This document shows positions 15,152 to 25,002 of a stretch of 64,000 nucleotides of DNA, in pieces. Both the position numbers and the translations under genes were made by a program. Source of the DNA: an uncultured archaeon (GTDB lineage Archaea > Iainarchaeota > Iainarchaeia > Iainarchaeales > GCA-2688035); NCBI GenBank assembly GCA_964640195.1, contig CAZXIC010000001.1, forward strand, positions 83,363-147,362, given 5' to 3'. The notes below the pieces were generated by a model. It searched no databases, was not told where the DNA came from, and worked only from the letters and a program-made list of their open reading frames with translations. Every line of letters begins with the position of its first letter. Position 1 is the stretch's first letter.

Positions 15152-18016
15152 TTACTTCTCCAGTTCAACTGAAAAGCACCTTTCAACCAGCTTCTCCAAA
15201 GCTTGCTTTTTAACAACGCTCAAGACAGTGTTTGTGCTGTGCTCAATCTCCTTCCTGTGCTTTTGCAGGAAAGCGCTGTCGTCGCTCGCTATGAGCAGCT
15301 TCGCCCTCTGGGCTGGCAGCAATCTTGCCTGCTTCCTAAGTTGCTGCACTCTTCTCCTTAACTCCATCAGCTCCCATCGCTCCCTCCTATCGCTGCTGGC
15401 AGCTATGTCCAAAAACAGCTTTCTGCCCTCAAATTCCCTTGCAGCATAGTTTCCCTCAGGCTCTGCTGTTGCCTCCTTGACTTCCTCCACATTGCACATT
15501 TTTGCAAGAATGCCTCTTAATTTCCGCAGCTCCCTCCCTGTTTTGCTCTGCACAACCAGCTGCCTGAGGGGCCACCGCAGCCTCAGCTTCTGCTCCTCCC
15601 TCAGGGCAAGCACTGCCTGGGAGAGCTGCTTGCACAGCTGCATTTCAGACTCAAGCCCTGCGTCAATTGCCTTCTTGTCAGCTGCAGGCATCTGCAGCAG
15701 GTGCACTGACCGCGGCATTTTTGCGCTCCTCATACCCTGGTAAAGGTATTCAGCAAAATGCGGCGCTATTGGCGCAAGCAGCCGCAGGATAGCAAGCAGC
15801 GTAGTGCTGAGCGTTAGAGAAACAGCCCTTTCCGACTTTCCACCAACCCTGTCCCTTACCAGCTTTATGTATGTCCTGCTCAATTCTTCCAGAACAAAGG
15901 AATCCAATACAGAGCAGGCCTTGAAGAACTCACAACTGTTGTAATGGGAGAGAGCCTCTTGTAACATGGAATTGAGTTTGCTTAAAAGCCACCTGTCCTC
16001 AACCTGCAGCATTTTTGCATTTAGCCTCTTTCCATGGCTCAGCGGGAGGTACATGGCTGTGTAGTTGCAGCTGTTCCAAAGCGTGTTGAAAAACCTTTTT
16101 ATGTCCCTGAAAGCATCCCAGTCAAAGGCAATGTCCTGCCCCCTTGAGTTGCTTATAAGGTAAAAGCGGAGGCTGTCCCTGTCATGCTTAGCAACAACCT
16201 CTTTCGGCGTTACCGCACTGCCCCTGCTTTTGCTCATCTTCACCTTCTCCAAATCAGTTATGAGCCCGTGGACCATTATTGTTTCAAAAGGCTTTTTGCC
16301 AAAAGCAATTGTTGAGAGAATCAGCTGGCTATTCCACCAGCCCCTGAACTGGTCTGGCCCCTCCAGATTGAGGTCAGCCGGCCAGAAGCGCTTGAACAAT
16401 CTGTCTTTCCCGGGAAAGCCGAGGGCAGCCCAGCTGCTTACGCCGCTGTCAAACCAGACATCGAGCACTTCCGGCACCCTCTGCATTGTCCCACTGCAAC
16501 TGCACCTCAGTTTCACTGCATCAATGCCCGGCTTGTGCAGGTCAATCTTCTTGAGGCCTGACTGCCTTTTGAGCTCTGCCACAGAACCGATTACCATTAT
16601 CTTGCTGCAGCGCTCGCAGCGCCAGATTGGCAGCGGCGCCCCCCAATAGCGCGCCCTTGAAATAGGCCAGTCGCCCAACTGCTGCAGCCAGTCGCGCATC
16701 CTTTCCCGCATGAAAGCAGGCACCCAGTTTGTTTTTTCGTTGAATTCAAGCAGCTTTTTCTGTATGGCGGAAATCCTGAAGAACCACTGCCTAACTGAAA
16801 GCATCAGCAGAGGCGACTTGCACCTCCAGCATAGGGGGTAGTCGTGCGTGTAGGGGTGCTTGTAGACAAGCTCATTGCCGGCCTCAAGGTCTGCCACTAT
16901 CTCATTGTCAACCTCTCTTGCTTTCTTTCCGGCGTACTTTCCGGCTTCCAGGGTCATGGTTCCGTCAAGCCTGACAGGGCTTATTGCAGGCAGAGCTGCC
17001 TTGCTCCCTGCGTCAAAGTCTTCCTTGCCGTGCCCTGGTGCAGTGTGCACCAGGCCAGTGCCTTCCTCAAGGTTGACGTACCTCTCGCTCAGTATGACGC
17101 GGTAAGCGCCTTTCATTTCCGGCAAGCGCATGTGTAGTGCAAGCGGGTTCTTGTAGCGCATTCCCTCCAACTCTTTCCCCTTAACTGTTTTTTCAACTGT
17201 AAAGCCTGCCTCAATTGCGTCCATCAGTCCCTGCACTTTTTCACTTGCAATTATCCAGGTTTCATTGCTGCTAAAACGAACAAAACTGTAATTGAATTCA
17301 GGGTGAACCATTACTCCGGTATTGCCCGGCAATGTCCAGGGCGTTGTCGTCCAGACCACAAGGAATGTGTCCGGCTTGTCAGCGAGGGGAAACTTCACGT
17401 AAACGCTCAGGTCTGTCTGCTTTGCGTATTCAATTTCGTTGTATGCAACAGCAGTGGCACAGTGCGGGCATACATGCACAGGGTAAAGCCCCTCGTACAG
17501 GAGCCCCTTCTCATGGGCTTTCCTGAATGTCCACCAGATTGCCTCAATGTAATCGTCGCTAAGAGTGAGGTATGGCTTTTCCCAATCCATCCAGACGCCC
17601 AGGTCATTGAACTCTGCATTCATTACGCCGATGAACTGCGTTGCAAAGCGCTTGCACTCGGCAACAAACTTTGCAATGCTGTATCTTTCGATGTCCTGCT
17701 TGCCCTTGAAGCCCAGCTGCTGCTCAACCTTGTTTTCAATCGGCAATCCATGGGTGTCGTAGCCAGGCCTGTCAAAAACGCAGAAGCCCTGCATTCTCTT
17801 TGCCCTTATTGCAACATCTTTGAGAATCTTGTTCAGGGCAGTGCCCATGTGGATGTGCCCGGTAGCGTAAGGCGGACCATCCATGAAATAATAGGACTTC
17901 TTTTGCCTTGCGCTCTGCTTCCGCGCCTTCTCTGCAATGCGCAGCCTTTTCCAGAGGCGCTGCACCTCTTCCTCTTTCTCCCTGCTGTAGGGCTCAAGCA
18001 ACTTTCGTTTTTTCAT
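15152..18016 (-). CDS. ileS: Isoleucyl-tRNA synthetase
   Basis: PPYATGHIHMGTALNKILKD (HIGH) and KMSKS; probable start at M13, which has an AAGAGGT ribosome-binding site (the track start is 18052). Confidence 0.9.
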   Translation of the reverse strand: MKKRKLLEPYSREKEEEVQRLWKRLRIAEKARKQSARQKKSYYFMDGPPYATGHIHMGTALNKILKDVAIRAKRMQGFCVFDRPGYDTHGLPIENKVEQQLGFKGKQDIERYSIAKFVAECKRFATQFIGVMNAEFNDLGVWMDWEKPYLTLSDDYIEAIWWTFRKAHEKGLLYEGLYPVHVCPHCATAVAYNEIEYAKQTDLSVYVKFPLADKPDTFLVVWTTTPWTLPGNTGVMVHPEFNYSFVRFSSNETWIIASEKVQGLMDAIEAGFTVEKTVKGKELEGMRYKNPLALHMRLPEMKGAYRVILSERYVNLEEGTGLVHTAPGHGKEDFDAGSKAALPAISPVRLDGTMTLEAGKYAGKKAREVDNEIVADLEAGNELVYKHPYTHDYPLCWRCKSPLLMLSVRQWFFRISAIQKKLLEFNEKTNWVPAFMRERMRDWLQQLGDWPISRARYWGAPLPIWRCERCSKIMVIGSVAELKRQSGLKKIDLHKPGIDAVKLRCSCSGTMQRVPEVLDVWFDSGVSSWAALGFPGKDRLFKRFWPADLNLEGPDQFRGWWNSQLILSTIAFGKKPFETIMVHGLITDLEKVKMSKSRGSAVTPKEVVAKHDRDSLRFYLISNSRGQDIAFDWDAFRDIKRFFNTLWNSCNYTAMYLPLSHGKRLNAKMLQVEDRWLLSKLNSMLQEALSHYNSCEFFKACSVLDSFVLEELSRTYIKLVRDRVGGKSERAVSLTLSTTLLAILRLLAPIAPHFAEYLYQGMRSAKMPRSVHLLQMPAADKKAIDAGLESEMQLCKQLSQAVLALREEQKLRLRWPLRQLVVQSKTGRELRKLRGILAKMCNVEEVKEATAEPEGNYAAREFEGRKLFLDIAASSDRRERWELMELRRRVQQLRKQARLLPAQRAKLLIASDDSAFLQKHRKEIEHSTNTVLSVVKKQALEKLVERCFSVELEK

Positions 18017-18077
18017 TTTAACCTCTTTTCCCTGCTTCCCTCTTCCCGGCATTTTTTAATCACTGAATTGCCTCAAG

Positions 18078-18099
18078 TGGGCCCGGGAGGATTCAAAAC
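18078..18099 (-). repeat. Partial direct duplicate of the tRNA-Ile 3' end (T-arm/acceptor 3' half, 17/17 nt plus 3/5)
   Basis: TGGGCCCGGGAGGATTC occurs at 18078-18094 and 18162-18178. Confidence 0.5.
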
Positions 18100-18161
18100 G
18101 CCACTGCGTAGGCGTGGTCGCCCGCGTCCAAATCCCAGAACATGGATTCTTCGAATCCATT

Positions 18162-18234
18162 TGGGCCCGGGAGGATTCGAACCCCCGACCTACGGCGTAT
18201 AAGACCGGCGCTCTAGCCACTGAGCTACGGGCCC
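18162..18234 (-). tRNA. tRNA-Ile with anticodon UAU (73 nt, no encoded CCA)
   Basis: Hand-folded cloverleaf: 7-bp acceptor stem, D arm GCTC/GAGC, anticodon loop CUUAUAC, T loop TTCGAAT; a C27:U43 mismatch. Confidence 0.7.
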
Positions 18235-18360
18235 AAGCCTGCACATCCGGCTGTAAATCAAGAGAATTAGATTTGGAATTGTTTAAGTATTTAATCAATC
18301 TGGCAGAATCAGTTTCAATCCAGTATCCGTGAATCGCCTTTTGCTGTTTCCATGCTGGCA

Positions 18361-18714
18361 TCACTTGGCTGCTATCTCCTTCTCGCTGAGGTTGTTTTCC
18401 TTGTTAACAGAGGCAATCTCTTCCTCTGCTTCTTCCAGCTTGCCGTACCTCCCGATATTCAGCCTAACGCTGTTTTTGAAGGTAGTGCTGTAGCCGTTTG
18501 AAATCTTGTATGTTTTGCCCTCCTTCACCGAGTCTATTGCATCGTCCCACAACGTTAGCAGAATGCAGCCGCTGTCGTCGCCAACAAGCGCTTCCGCTAC
18601 TTTGTGCGTTGAGTTGTCCAGCCTTGCGGTAACCTCCCTGGGCTCGCCTTTGCTCTCAACCCTCACAGTAACGTCAATCTTTTTCCCGTAAGGCGTTATT
18701 TCGCTGACCTTCAT
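18361..18714 (-). CDS. ssb: OB-fold single-stranded DNA-binding protein (SSB/RPA-like)
   Basis: VTVRV...ALVGDDSGCILLTLWDD...GKTYKISNGY resembles crenarchaeal-type SSB. Confidence 0.7.
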   Translation of the reverse strand: MKVSEITPYGKKIDVTVRVESKGEPREVTARLDNSTHKVAEALVGDDSGCILLTLWDDAIDSVKEGKTYKISNGYSTTFKNSVRLNIGRYGKLEEAEEEIASVNKENNLSEKEIAAK

Positions 18715-18826
18715 TTGAAATCCATTGATTTTAGCTGGAATTCTTTTTTAAAGCTAATGTTTTCAATGCACAGCTGTAGATAAAAATAACAAAAAAGAAG
18801 GAAAAAAGGGTTTTTGCTTCCCTTTT

Positions 18827-19576
18827 TTACTTTATTGTCTTTCTCACGTCGGCTGTTAGCTTTTTTATGTCTTCCTTGAAGTTGACTCCAACGCTGATTC
18901 CGAGGACAATCGCTATGACTATTGCAAATGCCCAGATGAACGGTCCGATGAACAGCTCAAGGTACCTTGCCAGGACTGCCATGTAGTTTTCGCCGATTAT
19001 CATTGTCAGGGCAAGAACTCCGCTGAACAACACTATGATGCTCTCTGCCAGTACGGATGCCACTTTTTTCATCTTGTGCTGTGTTATCTCAATCGCGTTC
19101 TTTGCATACCTGCCAAGCAGCAAGCCGCCAACGAAGACAACTATGCCCCCAAGAACCTTCGGCACGTAGATAACCAACTGCATCAGGAATTCCTTCAATG
19201 CCTCCAGTTGGATGGTCTGAGTTGCCTGCGCCAGGAACAGCACAATGATGTACCACTTTACCAGGCTTCCTGCCAATGCGCTGATTTCCTTGCCGCCTAT
19301 TGCAGCAGCAAGGTTTTGCTCGTCTATCCACTGGTCAACCCTTGTGCTCTGCAGCAGCTTGATTACTATCTGCTTTACGATTTTTCCGATAATCCATCCA
19401 ATGAGGATTATTATTGCTGCGCCGATCAGTGAAAGCAGAACATTCAATGTCTGCTGGCTGATCAGCGTTCCAGCTGCTGCTTGCAATCCACCGACTGTTT
19501 CAGCAAATACGTCGGCCATTTGTTGAATCACCAGATAGGAAAAAGTCTTCTCTGTTTTTAAATCTTCTGGAACCAT
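18827..19576 (-). CDS. Integral membrane protein with conserved-TM-helix repeats (MscS-N-terminal-like)
   Basis: Multiple hydrophobic helices with repeated LxxxxxKxxxxxLxQ pattern. Confidence 0.4.
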   Translation of the reverse strand: MVPEDLKTEKTFSYLVIQQMADVFAETVGGLQAAAGTLISQQTLNVLLSLIGAAIIILIGWIIGKIVKQIVIKLLQSTRVDQWIDEQNLAAAIGGKEISALAGSLVKWYIIVLFLAQATQTIQLEALKEFLMQLVIYVPKVLGGIVVFVGGLLLGRYAKNAIEITQHKMKKVASVLAESIIVLFSGVLALTMIIGENYMAVLARYLELFIGPFIWAFAIVIAIVLGISVGVNFKEDIKKLTADVRKTIK

Positions 19577-20088
19577 TCGTTGATTGCCAAATGCAAATCG
19601 TTGATTGTTGAATTATTCTCGATAGTGTAGTCAGCTGCCGCAATAACTTTGCGCAGTTCGAATTCGCGCAAATCGTGCCTGTCCCTGGCGAAAAACATTC
19701 CCCTGCTCTGCGCGTCCAGTTTGCTTCGCCGCGCAAACCTTTTTTCAGCGCCTGCCTTCACAGCAACCAGGAAAAGCCTGCCGCAGTTTTTCCTGAAGAA
19801 CCGCACCTCGGCAATTGCATGAATGCCAGTAAAAACAACCCTCTGCCAATTGTTTTTCAGGGCTTTCCGAAGGACGCGCCTCGCAAGGACATCATCGCCG
19901 TGCTTTTTCCGCAGCTCTTCGGCAAGCAGGCTCCTGCCCATCTTCCTGTCCTGCTTTCCCCTCTTTCGCAGCTCTTCCGCAAGAACCTCGCTCAGGGCAA
20001 GCTTGCGGAAGCCGTGCTCCTTAACCAGAAAGTCAGCGGCAGTGTCCTTACCGCTTCTCGCCAGGCCGGTGAAAGCGATTGCGAGCAA
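19558..20088 (-). CDS. P-loop nucleotide kinase-like protein (dNMP/dephospho-CoA kinase-like)
   Basis: Walker A GLARSGKDT. Confidence 0.5.
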   Translation of the reverse strand: MLAIAFTGLARSGKDTAADFLVKEHGFRKLALSEVLAEELRKRGKQDRKMGRSLLAEELRKKHGDDVLARRVLRKALKNNWQRVVFTGIHAIAEVRFFRKNCGRLFLVAVKAGAEKRFARRSKLDAQSRGMFFARDRHDLREFELRKVIAAADYTIENNSTINDLHLAINEWFQKI

Positions 20089-20203
20089 CTTGAATCGGAT
20101 AAAATGAGGGTGAAAAATAATTTAAAAAGAAACAGAAGCGGCAAAAACCACTGCAAAAGGCAGGAACTTTTATATGAAAAAAGAAAAAGAAAGGGGGAGA
20201 GAA

Positions 20204-21871
20204 TTACATCCCCATTCCGCCGGGGGGCATTCCGCCCATTCCAGGGGGTGGCATGCCGCCCATTCCGCCCTTCTCCTTGCTGCTTCCTGCAATGATGTCG
20301 TCAATGCGCAGAATCATTTCCGCAACCTCTGTTCCTGAGGTGATTGCCTGGGTTTTCACTGACACAGGCTCTATCACATTCAGAGACCTCATGTCGCCCA
20401 GCTTGCTTTTTAGGACATCAACGCCGATGTGCTTCCCTGATTTTTCCATGTGCTTGCTCCGCAGGCTAACCAATGTATCCAGGGGATTCATTCCGGCAGT
20501 TTCAGCCAAGGTTCTTGGGATTTCCTCCAAGGTATCGGAAAATGCCTCGATTGCAAGCTGCTCCCTCCCACCGATTGTCTTTGCGTAGTCGCGCAGCTGC
20601 ATTGCAACCTCAACCTCTATGCTGCCTCCCCCTGAAACAACCTTGCCGTCCTTTACTGCAGTGGCAACGCACATCAGGGCGTCGTGCACTGCCCTCTCTG
20701 CTTCGTCAACAACGTGCTCAGAGCCGCCCCTTACAAGCAGGCTGACTGATTTCGGGTTCTTGCAGCCCTCGATGAAGACCATTTCGTCGCCTGCAATCTT
20801 CCTCTCCTCAGCCAGCTTTGCCTTCCCAAGGTCATTGGCTGTCAGGTCGTCAAGCCTTGAAACTATCTTTCCGCCTGTCGCTCTAACCAAAGCGTCCATG
20901 TCTGATTTCTTGACGCGCCTCACGGCAGCAATGCCCTGCTTTGCAAGGAAGTGCTGGGCCAGGTCATCAATTCCCTTCTGGCATACCACAAGGTTTGCCC
21001 CTGATTTACGTATCTGCTCAACCATTTTCCTGAGCATCGCTTCCTCCTGATCAAGGAAAGCCTGCATCTGGTCAGGTGATGTGATTTCAATCTTTGCATC
21101 TGTTTCAGTGCTCTTCACCTCAAGCGCGGCATCAACCAAAGCGATTTTCGCATTCGCTATCTTCTTCGGCATCCCGCCGTGCACGATCTCCTTGTCGACA
21201 ACAATGCCCTTGATGAGCTTGCTTTCGGAAAGCGAAGCCCCCTGCTTCTTTTCAACCTTGACATTGTCTATGTCAATTGAAACCTTCCCTGCTTCCTCGT
21301 CCGCAACCATTGTTATTGCGTCCACAACCAGGTCAGCCAATTCTTCAGCGCTTTCGCTGGCCTTGCCGGTCATTGAGGTCAGGGCAATGTTCTGCAGCAC
21401 CTTCTTGTCCTTGAAGCTGACATCCTCTGCGCCCTTGTCCAGGATTTCCTTGGCTTTCTTTGCAGCCAGCCTGTAGCCCTTGATTATTATGCTTGGGTGG
21501 ATGTCGTCCTCAATAAGGTCCTCTGCCCTCTTGAGCAGGCTGCCTGCAATGACTACCGCAGTTGTTGTCCCATCGCCGACTTCATCGTCCTGGGTCTTTG
21601 CCACCTCGACCATCATCTTCCCTGCGGGATGGTCAATGCTCATCTCGTCCAGGATTGTTGCGCCGTCGTTGCTTATTGTCACATCCCCAAGTTCGTCAAC
21701 AATCATCTTGTCCATTCCCTTCGGTCCGAGGGTGGACTTCACTGCGTTTGCAACCGCCTTTGCGATGAGGATGTTTATCCTCTGCGCGTCCTTCCCCCTT
21801 GTTCTCTTCGTTCCCTCAGTGAGGAAAACAACCGGTTGCTGTTGTGCTGCTTCAGCCATAAAACACACCAC
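20204..21871 (-). CDS. ths: Thermosome subunit (group II chaperonin)
   Basis: [14 protein letters not shown] and a C-terminal [14 protein letters not shown] tail; the start may be MAEAAQ at 21859. Confidence 0.9.
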   Translation of the reverse strand: MVCFMAEAAQQQPVVFLTEGTKRTRGKDAQRINILIAKAVANAVKSTLGPKGMDKMIVDELGDVTISNDGATILDEMSIDHPAGKMMVEVAKTQDDEVGDGTTTAVVIAGSLLKRAEDLIEDDIHPSIIIKGYRLAAKKAKEILDKGAEDVSFKDKKVLQNIALTSMTGKASESAEELADLVVDAITMVADEEAGKVSIDIDNVKVEKKQGASLSESKLIKGIVVDKEIVHGGMPKKIANAKIALVDAALEVKSTETDAKIEITSPDQMQAFLDQEEAMLRKMVEQIRKSGANLVVCQKGIDDLAQHFLAKQGIAAVRRVKKSDMDALVRATGGKIVSRLDDLTANDLGKAKLAEERKIAGDEMVFIEGCKNPKSVSLLVRGGSEHVVDEAERAVHDALMCVATAVKDGKVVSGGGSIEVEVAMQLRDYAKTIGGREQLAIEAFSDTLEEIPRTLAETAGMNPLDTLVSLRSKHMEKSGKHIGVDVLKSKLGDMRSLNVIEPVSVKTQAITSGTEVAEMILRIDDIIAGSSKEKGGMGGMPPPGMGGMPPGGMGM

Positions 21872-21981
21872 ACTCCTTTGCTTTTTATTTTATGCGATTC
21901 TCACCAAAACTTGCTTCAGATGGCTAAAAACAAGAAAACTGTATGAAAAAAATGGTGGATATAAATGTTTAAAAAGCTTTG

Positions 21982-22758
21982 CTATGTATTCCGTTTTCTG
22001 CGCGCGGCAGGGGCATTGTACCAGGGGCAGCTGTGGTGCCCTTTGCCTGCTGAGTGAAGGTACAGCATTGGTACGCCTGCTGCCTCTGCGATTGGCTGTT
22101 GTATAATTGGATTGCTGAAGGAGAAAAATATCTGGCCTGGGCGCAATCCGATGATTTTTCTGAGGAAGAATATCTCCACTTCAACGTAGATTCTCGCTAT
22201 TTCTTCAGGATAGATTCCGCTCTTGACAAACCTAGAGTGTTTTCTCGCCGCTTCATTGAGTTCGTTGAAAGCTTCCTGGTTATTTATGACCGAAGCTGCT
22301 TTAATTCTGCTTTCCTTGTCTGTATAATCATCCAGGCTCGCTGCTCCCAGCAACTCGCTTAGCCTGGTTAGGCTTAGGCCTCTTTCCCTAACCAAGGGAG
22401 ATAAAACGGAATAGTACTGCCTGGTTTCCGCAGGGCTCCTGCCATTAACCAAAATGTGATGCACATCGCAGAACAGCAGCGAAACCTGCACTGGCAGCGC
22501 ATTCTTCCTCAGTTCGCTTTGCATTTCAGCAATGAATCCCAGGCTTTTCTTGTCTGCCTCATCTCCTGCAATGCCTTCTTTCGAACCGCCCCACAGACCC
22601 GTAAACCGGAGCGTGGTATTGTTGAGGAGAGATTCTCTTATGCTGCCCTCTATTTCCCCGGATTTTGTTGGGAGCACCCTTGAAAACCTAGGCGATGACA
22701 AGGAGTGGCAGACCTGCTTTGCAATCACCAGTTGTTTCGCATATTCTGCTATTTCCAT
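21982..22758 (-). CDS. Conserved hypothetical protein (258 aa), divergent from TrmB; paralog at 29280..30086
   Basis: About 75% identical to the paralog; conserved [24 protein letters not shown] and C-terminal GKGHH(S/N)CPWYN. Confidence 0.55.
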   Translation of the reverse strand: MEIAEYAKQLVIAKQVCHSLSSPRFSRVLPTKSGEIEGSIRESLLNNTTLRFTGLWGGSKEGIAGDEADKKSLGFIAEMQSELRKNALPVQVSLLFCDVHHILVNGRSPAETRQYYSVLSPLVRERGLSLTRLSELLGAASLDDYTDKESRIKAASVINNQEAFNELNEAARKHSRFVKSGIYPEEIARIYVEVEIFFLRKIIGLRPGQIFFSFSNPIIQQPIAEAAGVPMLYLHSAGKGHHSCPWYNAPAARRKRNT

Positions 22759-22845
22759 AGTATTTATTGGGCGGCTGAGGGTATTTCATAGTTTGTTGTA
22801 TAAAAATAGACAACTTTATATATTGAAGCCCCCAAAAATAAGATT
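22759..22845. promoter_or_regulatory. Bidirectional promoter region with the TTGTATAAAAATA TATA-like element (conserved in the copy at 30087..30173)
   Basis: Sequence conserved between the two duplicated modules. Confidence 0.35.
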
Positions 22846-23553
22846 ATGGAGATTGACAGGCTGACCACACTGGGGCTTACAAAAAGGGAAGCCAGGGCTT
22901 ACTTGGCACTGCTAAGACTTGAGGAAGCGAAAGCAGGGGAGGTTGCCGAGCATACTAAAGAGGATAGGACGAATGTATATGATTCGCTTAAGAGCCTTGC
23001 CAAGAAGGGGCTGGTAAGCAAGGTGATAAGAAACAACAGGACGTATTACAGGATTGCCCCTCCTAAAAAACTGAGGGATTACCTGGTTGAGAAGGAAAAG
23101 GCCCTGAACCAGATTCTGCCAGAGCTAAATGCCCTCTACAGTTCTTATGAGCCGAAGCCTGTGATAGAGGTGTACGAGGGAACGGAAGGCATCAAGACTG
23201 TCTTTAACGACATTTTGAAGGAAGGAAAAAATTTTGTTGGATTCGGGGCAACTGACAGGGCCCATACCCTGCTCCCAGAATTTACCAGAATGTATCTGAG
23301 GGACAGGGAGAGAAAGAATATCAGGGCGCGCCAGTTCTATCCTGAGGGCAGCAAGGTCCTTGAATCAAAGCTTTCAACATTCAAAACAATCCCGAAAGAG
23401 TTTTCAGGACCTGCAACTACCCTGATTTACGGAGAAAAGGTCGCGATATTCATGTGGTTCATAGAACCGCCGGTCGTTGTTTTAATCAAAAACAAAGAGG
23501 CGGCAAGAGCCTACAGGAACCAGTTTGAATTCATGTGGAAGATGGTCAAATAA
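22846..23553 (+). CDS. TrmB-family transcriptional regulator
   Basis: N-terminal wHTH (LGLTKREARAYLALL) plus a TrmB C-terminal sugar-binding-like domain. Confidence 0.75.
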   Translation: MEIDRLTTLGLTKREARAYLALLRLEEAKAGEVAEHTKEDRTNVYDSLKSLAKKGLVSKVIRNNRTYYRIAPPKKLRDYLVEKEKALNQILPELNALYSSYEPKPVIEVYEGTEGIKTVFNDILKEGKNFVGFGATDRAHTLLPEFTRMYLRDRERKNIRARQFYPEGSKVLESKLSTFKTIPKEFSGPATTLIYGEKVAIFMWFIEPPVVVLIKNKEAARAYRNQFEFMWKMVK

Positions 23554-23621
23554 TGGTTGCTTGGGTACGAGTATTTCCAACGCGTCAGTTGATTAAAGCC
23601 GATTATGAATAAAATAAGCCC

Positions 23622-23810
23622 TCAGAAAATAAACAGCTCGTCAATCGTTGTCTTTAGCGCCTTGGCTACGTCGTGTGCGAGCTTAAGCGAGGGGTTGTAC
23701 TTTCCTTTTTCAAGGAAGACTATTGTTTCCCGCCTGACTCCTGCCTTTTTTGCAAGGTCTTCCTGCGTGAGGTTATAACGAGCCCTCAGCTCCTTTATCC
23801 TGTTGCGCAT
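23622..23810 (-). CDS. HTH XRE-family (YozG-like, COG1476) regulator
   Basis: [38 protein letters not shown]. Confidence 0.8.
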   Translation of the reverse strand: MRNRIKELRARYNLTQEDLAKKAGVRRETIVFLEKGKYNPSLKLAHDVAKALKTTIDELFIF

Positions 23811-23819
23811 TTAAGGCAC

Positions 23820-24236
23820 CTACTCAACCCTGCCTTTGTCCCTGAAGTAAAGGGCAAGCAGCACGAAAACAATGCCTGGCACAAGGACTACTGCCGCAGC
23901 ATAATGGTGTGCCTGCAGCACAATGCCGTATTCTCCCTCCACGAAGGCGCTTGCAAACATCATTCCTACTGCAGTCCATATTCCAACCAGGAAAGCGTAG
24001 TAGCCTGCCTTGTGCGCTGCCCTTTTGCTCATCTCATCTTCAGCAGGCAAGCCAGCCTTTATGCTCTTTGCCCTGTCCCAGACGAACTTCATTGAAATCA
24101 GGGCAAGCACGACTGCAACTGTCGGAATGAGCAGTTCCCCCAAAGACTCCTTGCCTGAAAGCAGGAACCACATGGCAGCAGTTACAATAACGGCTGCCGC
24201 GATTATCGCACCCATCAGAACCTTGAACTTGTCCAC
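23820..24236 (-). CDS. DUF2178-like small membrane protein, partner of the YozG-like regulator
   Basis: Four TM helices; a conserved gene pair with the XRE regulator. Confidence 0.6.
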   Translation of the reverse strand: MDKFKVLMGAIIAAAVIVTAAMWFLLSGKESLGELLIPTVAVVLALISMKFVWDRAKSIKAGLPAEDEMSKRAAHKAGYYAFLVGIWTAVGMMFASAFVEGEYGIVLQAHHYAAAVVLVPGIVFVLLALYFRDKGRVE

Positions 24237-24240
24237 AAAT

Positions 24241-24340
24241 AACCCCTCCAGTTATCTTGTTCAAACATTATGTTAGAAAACAATAACATTATGTTATATT
24301 TATATAACATGTTGTATATAAAGCTTTTGGTTCTCCTCAG
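24241..24340 (-). promoter_or_regulatory. Promoter/operator of the DUF2178-XRE operon: direct repeats AACATTATGTTA x2 plus a TTATATTTATATAA palindrome and GTTGTATATAAAG TATA element (duplicated at 29135..29215)
   Basis: Conserved between copies A and B. Confidence 0.4.
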
Positions 24341-24353
24341 TAAAAATTGGTGG

Positions 24354-24400
24354 TTGTATCCCTTATGCGAGCTATAACCTTTCAATGTTTAAAAGCCTTT
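24354..24400 (+). repeat. About 46-bp direct repeat, copy A (TTGTATCCCTTATGC-N10-CTTTCAATGTTTAAAAGCCTTT)
   Basis: Matches 25003..25048. Confidence 0.6.
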
Positions 24401-24414
24401 GGTTGTTGTGGGCC

Positions 24415-24681
24415 TTAAAAGAATTTCTTGTACCATTTTTGGTATTGCTTGTGGTTCCCTGCAAAGTGAATTGTTCGCTTTTTCCCTTCTTCTTTGAAGC
24501 ATATCCTGTACTGCCCGGCTTCCACAACACAGTAGGGCAGTCCTTTTTTCATGTGCCTGGCTTTTGTAAGGGCTTTTAGCTGTTGAATTTTTTTCCAAAT
24601 CCGTAGCTGTTCGGTTTTGTCCATTTTTGAGTAGTAAATATCCCAATCGTCAACATAGTCTAGCTCGAACAAGCAAATCAC
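24415..24681 (-). CDS. RelE/ParE-family toxin
   Basis: GLPYCVVEAGQYRICFKEEGKKRTIHFAGNHKQY is RelE-like. Confidence 0.7.
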   Translation of the reverse strand: MICLFELDYVDDWDIYYSKMDKTEQLRIWKKIQQLKALTKARHMKKGLPYCVVEAGQYRICFKEEGKKRTIHFAGNHKQYQKWYKKFF

Positions 24682-24944
24682 TTGAAGCCGTATTTTTTCT
24701 TTACCTGTTCTTCAGTCCAGACTTTGCGCTTCCCCTGCTTTATTTCGTTGTCAATTTGTATCATTTTGCGCACGACTAGCTCGTCTTCAAGTTCTTGGAA
24801 GTTTTTGAAAACATTAAATTCCTTGCCCAATTCCAAGATTCCGGACCTTATGACCTCGCTTTTTGTCTTGAAAAGACCGCCTTTTGTTAGCTTTTCAATA
24901 ACAAGTTCCTGCGCTGGCTCTAACCTGACCAAAGTTTCACCCAT
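24678..24944 (-). CDS. Cognate antitoxin, overlaps the toxin by 4 nt
   Basis: Operon arrangement; ATG at 24944. Confidence 0.5.
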   Translation of the reverse strand: MGETLVRLEPAQELVIEKLTKGGLFKTKSEVIRSGILELGKEFNVFKNFQELEDELVVRKMIQIDNEIKQGKRKVWTEEQVKKKYGFK

Positions 24945-25002
24945 AAAAAACACCTATCAAATTGATATACAAAAAATTATATAAATATATGCAATCGGCC
25001 TT

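Noticed and set aside
18065-18160. A second complete tRNA gene next to tRNA-Ile
   Set aside because: Only the 3' T-arm/acceptor half is duplicated. No D-arm or anticodon arm can be folded. It shares the same GGGCCC with the real tRNA's 3' end.
15477-18202. Plus-strand ORFs inside ileS (e.g. 17303-18202, 299 aa)
   Set aside because: Antisense to a high-confidence IleRS reading frame, with no motifs. Spurious.
18056-18364. 102-aa minus-strand ORF and 72-aa plus-strand ORF
   Set aside because: Both overlap the tRNA-Ile gene and the ileS leader. Spurious.
21982-22758. Cyclodipeptide synthase or Pol-beta nucleotidyltransferase (AbiEii-like) identity for the 258-aa protein
   Set aside because: Lacks the CDPS G(I/V)SxxNSxF motif and the hG[GS]-x9-13-Dh[DE]h NTase signature. 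Similarity is only size and context.
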